This document shows positions 1-14,000 of a stretch of 64,000 nt of DNA, in pieces. The stretch is taken from the NCBI GenBank assembly GCA_047495785.1, contig JBLDXI010000001.1, positions 3,844,001 through 3,908,000 on the forward strand. The letters run 5' to 3'. Origin of the DNA: Lepidodermella squamata (taxonomy: Eukaryota; Animalia; Gastrotricha). Made by a program: the position numbers and the translations under genes. Within the stretch, counting starts at the first letter, position 1, and the number at the start of each line of letters is the position of its first letter. Below the pieces are notes generated by a model. The model was not told the DNA's origin, did no database searches, and worked only from the letters and a program-made list of their open reading frames with translations.

Positions 1-1180
1 TTTTTCAATGAAAGACGCGATTTCTTGACGAGAGCTGAATATATCGTCACTTTTAGCAACAATCTCCAACTCTCGACTAGATTTTTCGTGGTTCAGCACA
101 AATTTACGGACGAAGTCTTCGATGGATAGGCACAGTTCGTTTAGATCGCTGATAAACGGTATCTCAGCTTCGATCATGTAAAATTCGGCCAAATGCTGGC
201 GAGTTAACGAATGATCGGCACGAAACGTTGGGCCAAATGTGTAAACTTTTCCAAGGGCTCTGAAAAATTAGGACATAAATAAGATAATTTGTTAATTTTT
301 ACGATTTTTTTCAACTTACGCGCATAAAGCTTCGAGGTGCAATTGGGTCGAGACAGTTAAATAAGTCGATCCACCGAAAAATCCCAGATTTTTACCATCT
401 GCTCCTTCAACTTTCTCGACATGTGAGCTCTAAAAACATATTCAAGTTCAATCAAATTTCCTCATAAATGTTGCCAAAGCCGCAACATTTTAAATTTCTG
501 ATTCTTCAATTTTCGACGCGGGTTTCGATACATCCAAAAAGCGGGAAATTAATGGTATTTATTTAACAGCCTTGAAATCTTGAAAGTTAAATCACCTCGA
601 CTTTGAAAGCTTCCGATCCTTCTTCGCAGCAATTTTGCGTTAAAATGGGCGGATGAGTCAACACATAACCATTCTTCTCGAAATAGTCATGCACCAGATT
701 AGCTGCCTTTGACCTTGCGCTGAGAATTGCTCGAAATATTTCATTTCTCGGCCGTAAATGCTGATGTTGCCGCAATTCAACCAAATCCCGGCCATGAGAA
801 CTTGCTAGCGACGCGATTAGGCTGTCACTTGGGCCAATAATTTCGATTTTATCAGCCACCAGGTCCAAAGCTTGTTTTTGCCCGCGGCTTTTCGCCAATT
901 TACCCGTAATTTCAACAAATGCGCCAGATGTGAGGTTTTCTTTCGAATCATCCGAGTTGACAACTACTTGAAGGTTATCGAATAACGTGGAGCGGTCGGA
1001 AATGTGAATGAAAGTGACGGTTTTATGACGGCGGACTGATTCGACCCATCCTTGAACGCAGATTTGTTGATCGATTGGTTTCTCCTCGAAAACCTTCGCG
1101 ATTCTCGACACCTTTTTGGACAAATTTCGGTGGAATAATCTTGTTAAATTTATCATTCCTATAAAATGGTATGATGGCAT
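1..1180 (-). CDS. NARS2: Mitochondrial asparaginyl-tRNA synthetase, 3' end runs off the window; exons 1180-596, 429-320, 259-<1
   Basis: OB-fold start [23 protein letters not shown], motif [13 protein letters not shown] and class II motif 2 [24 protein letters not shown] after joining GT-AG introns; basic N-terminus resembles a transit peptide. Confidence 0.9.
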
Positions 1181-1373
1181 TTAACTAGGATCAAATTTAA
1201 TTCTGTGAAAATCACAAGAAGTTGCGCCATAAAATTCTGAAAGCTTTCATTGAATCGAATCAAATTCGGAAATAAAATGCAAATAAATCACTTGAATTAA
1301 AATTAGCCATGGTTCGAAAGAGAAGAAATTGTCTTTAAACACATGATTTTCAAAATTCGGAAAAAGTCAGCAG

Positions 1374-2933
1374 TTAAGCGTGTTTAGGGTGCTGTTTAGC
1401 AACACCGTCCGGGTTGTAACTACCCGTAATCCACTGGTCGAAAATAGCCATGATAGACTGACGAGCTGATTTCAAGGCCAACGTGTCCGATTCAGAGGCT
1501 GGGTACAAAACAGCGCAATGAGCCGCTTGGGGGACGAAAAACGTGTAAGTCTCATGGTTCGGTGCCAACGGCCAGGTAACACTCAGGCGACTCCATGGGT
1601 CGTAATCACCATTGAAAATGATCGTGTTAGTCGCTTGAAGATCCAGAGAGCCATATTGAATGTTCGAATTAATCGCGCTTTGATTGACAAATGCTGGATC
1701 GCCGTAGTTTTTACCATAAACATCCGAGCATTGTTGGAGGAAGTAAGACAGGGGCAACGGCGCCGTCATGTTCAATTGGCCATACAAGGTTTGATAGTAA
1801 CCAAACTCAGTGCAAGTTTGCCACGTCCATTGACGACCACCGCCCGCGACGCCGTCAGAATCCCAGCTGATTTGCTTCAACATATCAACTCCAGATTGGT
1901 AGGCAGCGTCGAGGCATTTCTGACCAGTGATGCTCAGATAGACATTGTTAACTTGAGCCAAACCGTCGATAGCATTTGGCCAGGCAGTCATGTTACCGCA
2001 GACCTCCTTAGCATTACGGAAAACCGGGGTTTCGCCTTCAAAATCGCGATTATCATCGCCGTATTGGACAGCACCGTCGAAGGGGTCGGTCAAAGTTTCG
2101 ATTAAATTGTACAAATCGTTCCAGTCATTAGTCAAATCTGCGCACAGCTTGAAGGTTGACTTCAATTGAGCTTTCTGAGTCTGAAACATTGATATGATAA
2201 TGTTGACTCCAGTCATCACGTCTGACCAGCAGCCGGGTTTAACGGTTTCTGTCACGTAACGAACTGTGTCTTCGTATTCAGTGTAATCAACCTTAGCATA
2301 ATAAGGACCGCTAGCTGAGAAAGCACCGTCGACAATGTGAGGGTAGTGAAGGCGCAGCCATGCAGATAAAGCACCACTGTACGAACCACCGAACGAAAAT
2401 AATTTGCTGTTAGGGTACATGCTTTTGACCCAAGTTGCGAAAGTAGCAGCGTCGGCCAAAGCCTGCTCACTCGATAGAAATCGAAGATTATCAACCGATG
2501 TATCCGGGGTGGGGTGGCTTTTTCCGTAAAAACGATGTTCGAGTTGAAACATGATGCCATTGTGGGCTTGAGCAACATCGTACCACAGACCGTTGGTCAT
2601 CCAGATTTCATTAGCAGGACCCTCTCCGCCAAGCATTAGAAGAATGGGACCGCCTTGCTGATACATTTGGTCATTTTTCTGGTAACGCTGCTTCCACGTA
2701 GTCGTATTTGTGTGATCAAAGTGGTCAAGGCGCTGTTCGAACCACATGTCTGGAAAGTCGCCAGATGGCTTTTGCAACTGTTGGGCAAGTCGGCGACGGT
2801 CGCGCTTCAAATGCCGCCACGTCATGCCTTGAGTGAATTCTGCCAAGGCAAGAGCTAGCACGAAAAGTGCGAGAATTAACCTCATGCTAATGAATAGTAA
2901 CTCTACAGCAAATAAAAGTGACAGTAACAACAT
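1374..2933 (-). CDS. Secreted/lysosomal S28-family serine carboxypeptidase (PRCP/PRSS16-like), intronless; start at 2933 or 2885
   Basis: Signal peptide; WFEQRLDHFD, GGEGP, LEHRFYGKS, QALADA, nucleophile GGSYSG, WQTCTEFGYYQT, NGDYDPW, AAHC. Confidence 0.92.
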   Translation of the reverse strand: MLLLSLLFAVELLFISMRLILALFVLALALAEFTQGMTWRHLKRDRRRLAQQLQKPSGDFPDMWFEQRLDHFDHTNTTTWKQRYQKNDQMYQQGGPILLMLGGEGPANEIWMTNGLWYDVAQAHNGIMFQLEHRFYGKSHPTPDTSVDNLRFLSSEQALADAATFATWVKSMYPNSKLFSFGGSYSGALSAWLRLHYPHIVDGAFSASGPYYAKVDYTEYEDTVRYVTETVKPGCWSDVMTGVNIIISMFQTQKAQLKSTFKLCADLTNDWNDLYNLIETLTDPFDGAVQYGDDNRDFEGETPVFRNAKEVCGNMTAWPNAIDGLAQVNNVYLSITGQKCLDAAYQSGVDMLKQISWDSDGVAGGGRQWTWQTCTEFGYYQTLYGQLNMTAPLPLSYFLQQCSDVYGKNYGDPAFVNQSAINSNIQYGSLDLQATNTIIFNGDYDPWSRLSVTWPLAPNHETYTFFVPQAAHCAVLYPASESDTLALKSARQSIMAIFDQWITGSYNPDGVAKQHPKHA

Positions 2934-3943
2934 GAAACATGAAAATGATGTTACAGAGGTTAGCTCGGCAACTCCCGGGCGACCAATACTTATAAACCGT
3001 GGAAGTACCTGTAAGTACCCTTTTCATAGCTAGCCTCTCGAAAATAGACTTATAGCTCCACTCTACACGCCTCACGCATCAAGTTAAATTTTGCTGCACG
3101 ACAGCTTATCCGCGAGTACAAAATCAACAGGATTATTTCACTAGAAGAACCTATTACCTAATGCAGTTTCCTCCAACTAACATTATGAGCGATCGACTCA
3201 AACGTTCTTCTTCGAAGTAACTAATTACAAACGGGGTTAAACATTGACAAAAAACCCCATGAACTCCAGGGTAGACATTACAGGCAGACAAGTCGTGCCC
3301 ATGAGCAATGAGCGTCGACGGTCGACGGTGCCTCTTACTCCGTGAAGCGCTGAAAGAAGGCGCAAAAAACTTGAGCTGGAACGTTTCGAAAAATCACGCG
3401 CGCCAAAAGCGGCCATTTATTAATTTTTCTGTCAAATGATGGTGCATCTCGACGTATTTTAGGCAGTGTTATCTCCCCGGAAAATGCAGGAATTAAAATA
3501 ACGTGACGATTTTTCAATGCAGGTTACCGGCGGATCTTGAAAACGGGATCTTGAAAGCGCAACGTCGCTGTTCTGTGGTTTCCGCGCTTGGTTGCGCTTA
3601 CTCCGCGTTTCATGTGCCGCATTCTTGACGTAACGCGCGGCTGGCTAAGACTCTCGAGATAAAACTTGGCTTGCAAATGTGATCTCTGCGGTATTTAGCA
3701 GGTATCCAGTGGATCTCGGGAGTAAAATGTTGGCTCTTGTCATTTCGCATTTCGCGTTAAAACAGTGAAGTTTGATAGATAGTCATAAGATAGTAACTTC
3801 AGTCACGTTAGACCTATCCTCCGAGAATGTCAGGACGTAATATTCCTGAATTACGCTGATTATAGCCTGGTAGCTTAATTGTCCCAACGACGCGCGTTAA
3901 ATGTGATTGGTGTGTACCTAATCTAAATTCTTTTTCTAAATAG

Positions 3944-5946
3944 ATGGCTTCATCTTATTTGACCGGGGAAGACGGCGAAGGTGGCGGCTATGGCGATGAA
4001 CAGTTTGATGAATGGACCGTGAATAAGGCGGCCACTGTTTTTCTGATTGATGCTTCTGAGCGGATGTTTCAACCCTATGATAATGGCTCAGCAATTGAAA
4101 CGCCTTTCGCCGACGCTTTGAAGTGCGTCCGGCAGTGTATGCGGCAGCTTGTCATGTCTTGTGATTCTGATTTTACGGCTATTGTATTTTACGGTACAGA
4201 GAAAACAAAGCATCCATTCGGAAGTGTCAGCGGCGGTGTCGACAGCTTTCAGCATCTATACATATTTCAAGATGTAGCACTGCCTAATGTAAGCCGCATT
4301 AAGGAGGTGATGGAACTTGACAGTGATGCCGAGGCATTGAATACATTCGAAAGTGATATTGGCCATAATAGCACTTTCTCAATGGCCCAGGCACTTCATC
4401 TTTGTGGAGAAATGCTGTTCAAGTTGAAGCAAAAAGGCATGTCTAAGCAAATTTTGATTTTGACTTGCGTCGATGATCCTTACCCCAACGATGAAGCAAG
4501 CAAAAGATCTGCGTGGAATAAAGCCGCAATGCTACAAGATATCGCTGTAGTCCCTACCGCTTTGCGCCCCTCCAGAGGCACTTTTGATCCCGAGAAGTTC
4601 TATTTGCGCTTGAAGAAGCATGACGATCCCGATCAAAACCATAACATTACTGGCGATAGCATAAATGACGAATCGAAGTTCTTAACGGAATCTGATGAGC
4701 GTGTCCGAGAGTTATGCACTCGTGCACTGGGCAAGAACCACAAAAAGAGACCTCTCGCTCAGCTGGCTTGGTCGCTCGGCGGCGGCACTCAACTTGCAGT
4801 GAAAATGTTTACATTGGTACGAAAGGTCAACAAACCATCAGCCACTTATGTGACTCGAACCGATACAGTCGCTGTCCAGAAAACTACGACTTTATTCCGC
4901 GAAACATCGAGAACTGATGACAATGACGAAGATTTGATGGATCAAGACGGAAATTACACTCAAGTTATGCCTCAGGATATTGTAAAATATCAGGAGTTTG
5001 CTGGTAAGAAGGCCATTCTTGAAACACACGAAGTGAAAGAACTGAAAAGTTTCGGCCCATCCGGAATCCAATTAATCGGCTTCAAGCCTCTCGATACATT
5101 GCACCAGCACAAGCTGTTCATTCACAACGGCAGCTTTCTTTATCCAAATGGTTTGCAATTCTATCAGTCATATTTCGTTTTAATGAGCTTTCTATTTTAG
5201 ATGACGCGATAAAAGATTCGACCAAGTTGTACTCCGCATTATTGGATCAGTGTTTGAAGAGGAATGTCTATGCATTATGCCGTTTCCTGCCGAGGAAAAA
5301 TGCTTCGCCTCGATTAGCTGCCTTGGTTCCTACGGAAGAGTTGGACCGGAAGGAGATTTTGGGAATGCCAATAAGACCAGGAGGTTTCCACGTTTTCCTC
5401 CTTCCGTTCGCCGACGAAATTCGTCACATTCCTGCTATGCATGACCCTACTTTCAAAGTTAAGCCTGAAGATCAAGCTATTGAAGCCGCGGAGAAGGTGA
5501 TTAAAAGTCTATCTGAGCCTTTCAGGCTCCGCTATTCGCCAGCCTTACAAAACCACTGGTCAATCGTCGAAGGTTCAGCCTTGGGAATTCAAGTAGGGCA
5601 GTTGGTCGACCAAACTCTGCCAAGAGAGGATATTCCACCCGAAGCCCGCGAGGCAATCGAAGAATTTTGCGATGCCATCCCGTTTGAACCTGGTCGAGCT
5701 GCCACAAAACGAACAGCTGGTGGTGGGGTAAAAACCGAAGTTGGCGATGTGACCTCCCAAGTTGAAAACGCGGCCAGATCTGGCAAATTATCTTCATTGA
5801 CCGTTGCGATTTTGAAGCAGTACTGCGAAAACAACCTTGGCAAACGAGCGACATCGATGAAGAAGGCTGATTTAGTGGCTTTTGTTGAGAAACATTTCGC
5901 TAGCCAACAGAGTCGACCAAAACGAGTGAAGATGGAAACTGACTGA
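3944..5946 (+). CDS. XRCC6: Ku70 DNA end-binding protein; exons 3944-5150, 5201-5946
   Basis: vWA start VFLIDAS..M, IVFYGTEK, GIQLIGFKP, FLYP, PGGFHVFLLPFADEIR, PALQ.HW, C-terminal SAP-like LTVAILKQYC..KKADLV; 50-nt phase-1 intron joins the two ORFs in frame. Confidence 0.93.
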
Positions 5947-6122
5947 AACAATTTTCTAATTTTTCTTAATTAAATTTTACGTTGAAAAACTGCTTGATTT
6001 TTGCTCGGTATCTCAAAAATGTGTTGTGGACTGATTTTTCTTGAAAAAGTGATTGATAACCCATTTGCTTCTTTATAGGATTAGTACATCTAGTAGTAGA
6101 CACCTGTAGGAGAAGCACGACA

Positions 6123-9100
6123 ATGCTGGATCTGGCATTTTTGTCCTCGTTCGAAAAACGAGAGACGCTGCTCAAAATCGTTATTTTAACGGTCGCCGCT
6201 GTTTTGTGTAAGTCTCGACTTTATTCGTAATTCTTGAGATAAACTTGATTTTTTGCAGCCTTTGCCGTTCGTCTATTTTCTGTCCTTCGCTATGAATCTG
6301 TGATCCACGAATTCGATCCCTACTTCAACTACCGGACAACGAAATTTCTTGTCGAGGAAGGCTTCTACGCATTCCACAACTGGTTCGACGAGCGCGCGTG
6401 GTACCCACTGGGTCGCATCATCGGCGGCACCATCTACCCGGGTCTCATGGTCACCTCGGCCTTTTTCTACCACCTACTCCACGCCCTGAACATTACGATC
6501 GAAATTCGCAATGTCTGCGTGTTCCTCGCCCCGTTCTTCTCGTCTCTAACCGTCATTGTCACGTACAAATTGACGTCTGAGCTGAAGAATCAGGGTGCTG
6601 GTCTCATCGCCGCGGCTTTGATTTCAATTGTCCCGGGTTACATCTCGCGTTCCGTCGCCGGTTCGTACGATAACGAAGGTATCGCCATCTTCTGCATGCT
6701 GCTGACGTACTACTTCTGGATCAAATCCGTCAAAACCGGATCGATTTTCTGGTCTGCGATTTGCGGTCTCGCCTACTTTTACATGGTCTCGTCATGGGGT
6801 GGCTACGTTTTCCTCATCAACTTGATCCCGCTGCACGTCTTGACGCTCATGATCACCGGCCGATTTTCGCATCGCATCTACGTCGCCTACTCGACTGTCT
6901 ACACGATTGGAACTATTCTTTCGATGCAGATTTCGTTTGTTGGCTTCCAGCCGGTTTACTCTAGCGAGCACATGGCTGCCCTCGGCGTGTTTGGCCTGTG
7001 CCAAATTTTCGCTGTTGTCAACTGGCTGCGTGCGCATTTGACCGTTGAACAGTTCGGCATTTTGCTGAAGAATATGGCCATTTTCGCTGGAGTCATCATT
7101 TTCGGTGCCGCTTCTGTTTTGGCTGCCACAGGTAGGATTTAAAAATATATATATGGTCTAGAGATAATTGAAAATTGGCCCATTTAAACTCGAGGATAGC
7201 TAGGAAAATTATCATATTTTTGTGGTTTCAAATCTTCCATATTCGTTCAGTGAACGTTTCTCTTTTCTTTAAATGAATAATAATTCAAAAAGTGTTTGAA
7301 TAAATCAAATTCTATTTAAGATTTAAGAAACGCAAGACATGATTATTTATTCGTAAATTCAAAGTATGAAAAATGGGTCTTGGGAAATTTTGGAACCAAA
7401 TTTTGAATTTCACGAACTCAAACAATCAGTGTGGTAGCCAAACATTTTTTTAGTAGTTATGGATCTGAGAGTGAAATTTGCATTTTTGTCAGGATAATTC
7501 AAAATCGAAGAATGCCGATTTTCAATAGAAAATATTGAAATATCAGAATTTTGATCGAAGCAAGAAAGTTGCCAATTTTGCAGACATTTCGTCCAAGCGA
7601 CTTTTTTCGACTTATGGCTTTATTTCGATTTAGTCCTCCTGCTTGTCTCTTAAGTAACTCAACCAAAGAAATTATAGTTAAAGGGACTAATAATTCTAAA
7701 AATGAAAACACTTTGATCTTATGGCATGAGAGAACAACCCGAAAAATTCGAGGCAAGAAATTTAAAATATTGAAAAATTATCGAACTGTTGCTATTGGGT
7801 TTTCTTCGGTGAATTTGAATATTCTTTAATGGAATCGAGTAGAGAATTGATACAAATGCCTCTAGCAGCTATAATTTAGAAAATCACTGCAAAAAATTCT
7901 TGAAAAGTGAAAAAACCTGAAAGCAATTGTGAATCATCCTTATGAAAAATCCTGTTTCTTTAGAGTAGAAAAAATGGTTCATTGCTTGTGTCTCATTTCC
8001 TAAATTTGGAAATGTAATGAGGACATGAATAGGAAGTGAACAATGAATAAACTAATTTTTTTTCATTTTTTCAATATTTCAGGCAAGATCGCGCCCTGGA
8101 CTGGTCGTTTCTACACCCTGCTCGACCCGTCATACGCCAAGAACCACATTCCAATCATCGCCTCAGTCTCTGAACATCAACCGACTTCATGGTCGTCTTT
8201 CTACTTCGACCTGCAACTTCTGGTCTTCATGTTCCCGGTCGGCATTTACTACTGCTTCAAGCACCTGAGCGATGCCAATATCTTCATCATTTTGTACGGC
8301 GTTACCTCGATCTACTTCTCCGGCGTCATGGTCCGTTTAATGCTGGTCCTAGCCCCGGTTATGTGCATGCTGTCCGGCATTGGCATCTCCACGATTTTGA
8401 CCACTTACTCGTTGAACGTTGAAGAGCAAGCGAAAACGAAGAAGACATCGGCGAAGAAATCGCAGGATCAATCGTACCCGTTCAAGAACGAAGTCGCCCA
8501 CGGAGTTCTGCTTCTGATGACCTACTTCCTGTTGACCTACGGATTCCACTCAATCTGGGTCACCGATGAAGCGTACTCAAGCCCGTCTATTGTGCTGTCA
8601 GCCCGTCGTCACGATGGTGGTCAGATTATTTTCGACGATTTCCGCGAGGCCTACTACTGGTTGCGTATGAATACGGCTCCTGATGCGAAAATCATGTCTT
8701 GGTGGGATTACGGCTATCAAATTACTTCTATGGCGAATAAAACGATTTTGGTGGATAACAACACGTGGAATAATACGCACATTTCGCGCGTTGGCCAGGC
8801 CATGGCGTCGACGGAAGACCGCGCCTACGAAATCATGCGCGAGCTCGATGTCGATTACGTTCTAGTCATTTTCGGCGGTCTCACTGGCTATTCATCCGAC
8901 GGTAAGAAATCTCGCTATTTTGATTTTTTTTCAGCTCGGGAGATAATTTTTGAATATTCATAAAATTGATGGTTAGAAAACAAAACAACGAAAATATCTA
9001 CTGTATTTCGTGGCCTTGAGATCATTTTGGGTGTTGAGATCAGGATTGTATTGAATATGAATAGCATTTCGTGTAGGAGCCAGTCAAACTTATTTCGCCC

Positions 9101-10589
9101 TCTTAACAGCACTGACAGGATCGTGACTAGTACTTCCTGTACAGAAATAAGATGAATTCGATAGCGGGATATGAGGTTTGATGGTTCAAGAAACCTGAAA
9201 GCCTCCAAAGTTTAGATCGAAAGATCGTGAACCCACGTTTCGAAGAGACGTTTGTCCTTGTGTTTTTCAGCGAACTCTTGGAAGTGACAAGTGACCAATA
9301 ACCTTCTGTTCAGATGGTACCAATCTTTATCCCGTGGAAATATTTTTCGATTAGTAGCTTGCCTAGTGGCTCGTGGCTCGCCTAGTACCATTCAAGCTGA
9401 TCCTTCTCGTTGGCAGCAAAATACTCCGAAGGGAAGCTTTCGATATGCTCTTGTGTAGTGCTAAATATTCCTCCATCGCAGCCAAAGTCTCAGGCTTCAA
9501 TCTCCTGTATATTAAGCAGTCAGCTACGTCCGAATGATGATCGTGATTCCACCTTACAATTATCGAATAGATGTTATAACTGCCCTTCAAAAAGCGAAAC
9601 GGACAGCCGAATTTGGGGTTGAAGCTTTGGATATTTAGACAGTCACATTTAGCTAGAGCGTCGGCAATCAATGACTGAAGAGAAACTGTGAAGTCAACTT
9701 CGTCCCTTGTGTAGTAACCATTTTATCCTCGAAATTCGAAAGTCTTTTAGCGAAGTCCAAAAACTGTTGATAGTTCAGACTGTTTGAACCCTGCCAAATA
9801 CCAAGGAGAAGCATATTTTCAGGCTTGTATCTAGTGTGGTATCGAAGCACTTCATATGGAAGCACAAAGTAGCGAGTAGCCTTGCATATTCTAGTAGGTT
9901 ATTAATAGTAGCCAGGAGAGACCAAACGTTAGTGCCAGTTCCAGCCGTGTCGTCCCGTCAAAGTTGATTTGCAGCTGGAGTTCCTAAATTGCCTTTATCG
10001 AGTAGAACAAGTCCAGCATGTATAAAATTGCTCAATATCACCAGCAGCTGCTAAGCGAATAATGGCGCAATAATTTCACCGTTGAAAGCCTTGCAGCGTT
10101 ATTAACAGCTAATTCGGCAAACCCTTTCATTACCGAGTTCAACTTTTGCCTTATTTTTATTTAAACAATTTATTGAGAATTTGAAAATTGATAGAAAAAA
10201 ATGTGCCATGATGTGAGTAATGATTTTGATTTTCTTTCGCTTTCTCAGATATCAACAAGTTCTTGTGGATGGTTCGTATCGGTGGCAACACTGAGAAGGG
10301 CAAGCACATCAAGGAAGAGGACTACTACACCCCGCAAGGCGAATTCCGCGTCGACCGCGAAGGCTCGCCCACGCTGCTCAACTGCCTCATGTACAAGCTG
10401 TGCTACTACAAGTTCGGCGCCATGTACACGGAAGGCGGCCGCGCGCCCGGCTACGATCGCGTCCGCAACGCTGAAATCGGCAACAAGAACTTCGAATTCG
10501 AAACGCTGGACGAAGCGTACACGACCGAGCACTGGATCGTCCGCATCTACAAGGTGCGCGACCGCAAGAACCGCGGAGTCACCTTCTAA
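6123..10589 (+). CDS. STT3A: Oligosaccharyltransferase catalytic subunit STT3A; exons 6123-6207, 6259-7131, 8083-8901, 10249-10589
   Basis: [51 protein letters not shown]; canonical splice sites keep the frame. Confidence 0.96.
9100..9980 (-). mobile_element. Degenerate CACTA/EnSpm (Transposase_21-like) transposase remnant in STT3A intron 3
   Basis: Frameshifted minus-strand pieces in the expected order: [60 protein letters not shown]; no TIRs identified. Confidence 0.65.
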
Positions 10590-11073
10590 ACCGGAATAAT
10601 ATAACCTCAACTCTTTTCCTCTATATATAACATTATTATGATGGTGAATGTGTGCATTTATGTTGACTTGACTTGACAAATATTCTCGGTTTTTGTTTTC
10701 AAAAAACAAACGAACGCAATTCCTAATCATAGTTTTTTTGCGGCGATTTAAGAAGGGACAGGTGCATGATATAATGAAAAAAATCGCACGAAATATCGGG
10801 TGATAAGTTATATATATTGTAAACTATCTCGAGTGTTATGACACCAAAAAGTTGTGAAACCAAAAAAATGTAACGAATTTGATAGTAGAATTGCCTGCCA
10901 AAAGTGCTGCTGAGTTGTTTTTGTTCTGGTGCGAAATGAAGTAAAATCACAAAATAATCACATTTTTCGGTTTTTTTCGCTAGTTCATAGGCCATGACAG
11001 AGGATTGACAGTAAAAATGACTCAGTTTTGATTTGTTTGTTTTTGGTGAATTTTCTAGTATTTTTTGTATTGA

Positions 11074-14000
11074 ATGGATCTGAAAGGTGAGAGATCGCCG
11101 TCGCCTAATCATCGTGGCTACGATCGCGGTCATGCGAGTCCGCATGGTAGTCGTCGTTCGAGGTCTCGTTCGCCGTTGAATAGCCCGTCAGCAGGCGGTG
11201 ATAGGTCGTCGCGGAATCGCGTCATGAGTCGCCGGTTGTTCATCTCGAATATTCCTTACGAGTGTGATTGGAAGAAAATGAAGGATTTGATCAAGGACGA
11301 GGTCGGCGAGGAGTGCTACGTCGATATTGCGATGGATAAACGCGGCAAAAATCTTGGATTCGGGTTAGTTGAGTCGCTTACAATTCTTCATTTTCGTACA
11401 TCCGATTCTTCGATATTGGAGGTCATATTATAATAGACAACCTTGAATTTGTCAGAAGCGTATTTTTCAATAATTGGGGGGTCACGCTTTTGAGCTTGAT
11501 TGATGACATTAATGGGTTCGATTTCGTTGCAATCAACCTTATCCTTCTTTCCCTTTGAAGAGCTAGCCTTCATTTAAAAGATCCATTTAAAACATGAACC
11601 ATGAACCCAAAATGAACTAAAATCGGCTTCCACATAGCAACATTCCAAGGAGCAGTTTTATACTACTATTTATTTATTCCGTAAATTCATTTATTAACAT
11701 GGTTTTTTCGATAAATATATTATTTTTGCAGCAGCCTAATAAATCATCGCGCGTGATCAAATTTAGTTTTTACTCTGCTTATTTCGATGACGTCCTTTTG
11801 CTTTGTGAAGGTTGGTAGCTCTGAGGTGAGTCCGTCCTAAATTGATTCGCGAAACCCAAGTCAAGGTGCTGCTCATTCTACTTGCTTTGGACAATTTCAA
11901 AACTTGAAGCTTCCTAATGAGCGTTAAGGGGAGAGTTGAGAAGGAAAATTGTGTTGTGTAGAACCTCCATTGCAGGCCGCTCCAGGGCAAAAAAAATGAA
12001 CTCGACACCGGCTCAAGTCTGCATTCCGACAGTCATGTCATTTTTTCTACACATTTTTTATAAGAGGTATTACGCTGCGCTAAAAAAATCTGGTCGAGTC
12101 ACGAAAAACTAATACAAATAAATATGTAAATAAAATGATATTATTGTGGTATTCTATTTTGGTATACGAGTCCGTCCACAAGAAAAGCAATTAAATGTTT
12201 TTTTTTTAATTTCGTGTAAAAGGAGGGCGCACACAATGCTTTTTAGATAGTATAACTGCGTCATTTTTCGAGGTTTTTTTCTTTTCTTGCGGACGGTGTC
12301 CCGTATCTTCAATTATGTAATCGAATAATTTTCATTTTCAAGCAAAGTTTTGCTGCAGCATATTTGATGAAAACTTGCTGGTTAGCGCGAGGCCCAACGA
12401 ATGCGCCGGGCAATGTTTTGGTTGGAATTCATAGCTTCCTGCGTAGACTTATTTTCTTATATATTGAGTTCAATTTTAGAGTAACGCTTGGTCGCATCAA
12501 ACAGTGGAGTCATGCGCTGTTCTGATCGGCTTGACTCATCTCTTAATCTTAATCTTAATCTTATTTGCCTGAGACCTCAGATGTTTTTTTTAAATCGCTG
12601 GAAAGTTGAGATTCGCCAAGATAGTGCTGTTTTTAACCCTGCAAGAGGTATTCACGGCCGAGAATTGATCTTAAGTCGAGAATATAGCTTGGAGGAATAG
12701 TGATAGCGGAAGCACTTCCCCATTATTAATAACCTTCGCATACAAGGATCATTTTCCATTTCCAGTGAAAGATGTACGGCTTGCTGCTCGCCGTGGAATT
12801 CTTCACCACAGCCGTGAAGGCCTATAACTTGAAATATTAAACCCAGATAATTGCAAGCGCGACTAGTTCACAATGGCAAAATGCAAAACCTAATTCGTAG
12901 TGCGCTTTCTGCTTGTGTTGGTAAATGAATTGAAGACTTGGGTAGCAATGAAATTCCGCGGTACGAATGAGCTGCAACGTATGTTCTCTCGGCTTTATGG
13001 GCTCTCAGCCCTGTATTATCAAGTTGTTAGGTGAGTTTCACTCACTTATTTCGTTGACGTCTTTTTCTCTGAAAACTGGAGTCAAGATCCGTGAAGGGTT
13101 GATATTTGATAGCCCTGACCTGAGTTAACCATACAGCTATAGAAGACTGATAGCAAATAACAATTCGGTTAAGCAAAACTCTTCTTGGAAACTTCTTCTT
13201 TTCGGGATTTTATAGTTACTTGAATGATTATAAATTATAGATAGATACTAGAAAATGAAAAATTGATGATAATGATAGGCGGCACGTGATATTGCTGAAA
13301 CGAGCGGCTAAAGCTGAAAAGCATAGGTTTAGGGCAGTGAACTTTAGCACTAGCATCAGGCATTTTGCTCTTTGTCATCATCTAGACCTCATGTAACGAG
13401 TTCGAAAGCGGTGGTCGGATGACATTTTGCGCTAGCATACATGAACCCAGGTCGGTACTCCATTGATCAAAACCAAATGAAAACACGCATCTTCTTGACC
13501 AGCTACTGCCGCGAATGCCGCGAAGGCCTGAAAATCAAACTATAAAACCAATGAAATTTCCAGCGCGACTGAAATTCACCATAATTGCGAAAAGCGAAAA
13601 CCAAGTCGAGGTGCTGCTCATTCTGCTTGCTTTGAAAAGTTTATTTTAAGATGTGGAAAATTGAAGCTTTTGATGAAGCGCCAACGGAGACTTTTGAAGA
13701 ATACATTTTCTTGTATCGAGCCTCTATTATATAGGCTGCTCCAGGACAGCATCTCAGGGCAAAAACTGATGAACCCGGCTTCGGCCAAAGTCCGCATTAC
13801 AGCCTTCGAGCAAAAAGTTCACTTTTTATGCTTCGCATTTACTTATTAAAATGATGGAAATGCGCAAAAGAGCGCCGTTCACCCACCAAATACTTGAACA
13901 TATAATTATACAACAACTATCTTCCCGGTTCACAGGCCGTCCGCAAGAAAAGCTGTTAAATAATTTTACGATCTGTCTTCAAGAAGGCCACTGACAATGG

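Noticed and set aside
1518-2105. 195-aa plus-strand ORF
   Set aside because: Antisense shadow of the S28 peptidase; no motifs
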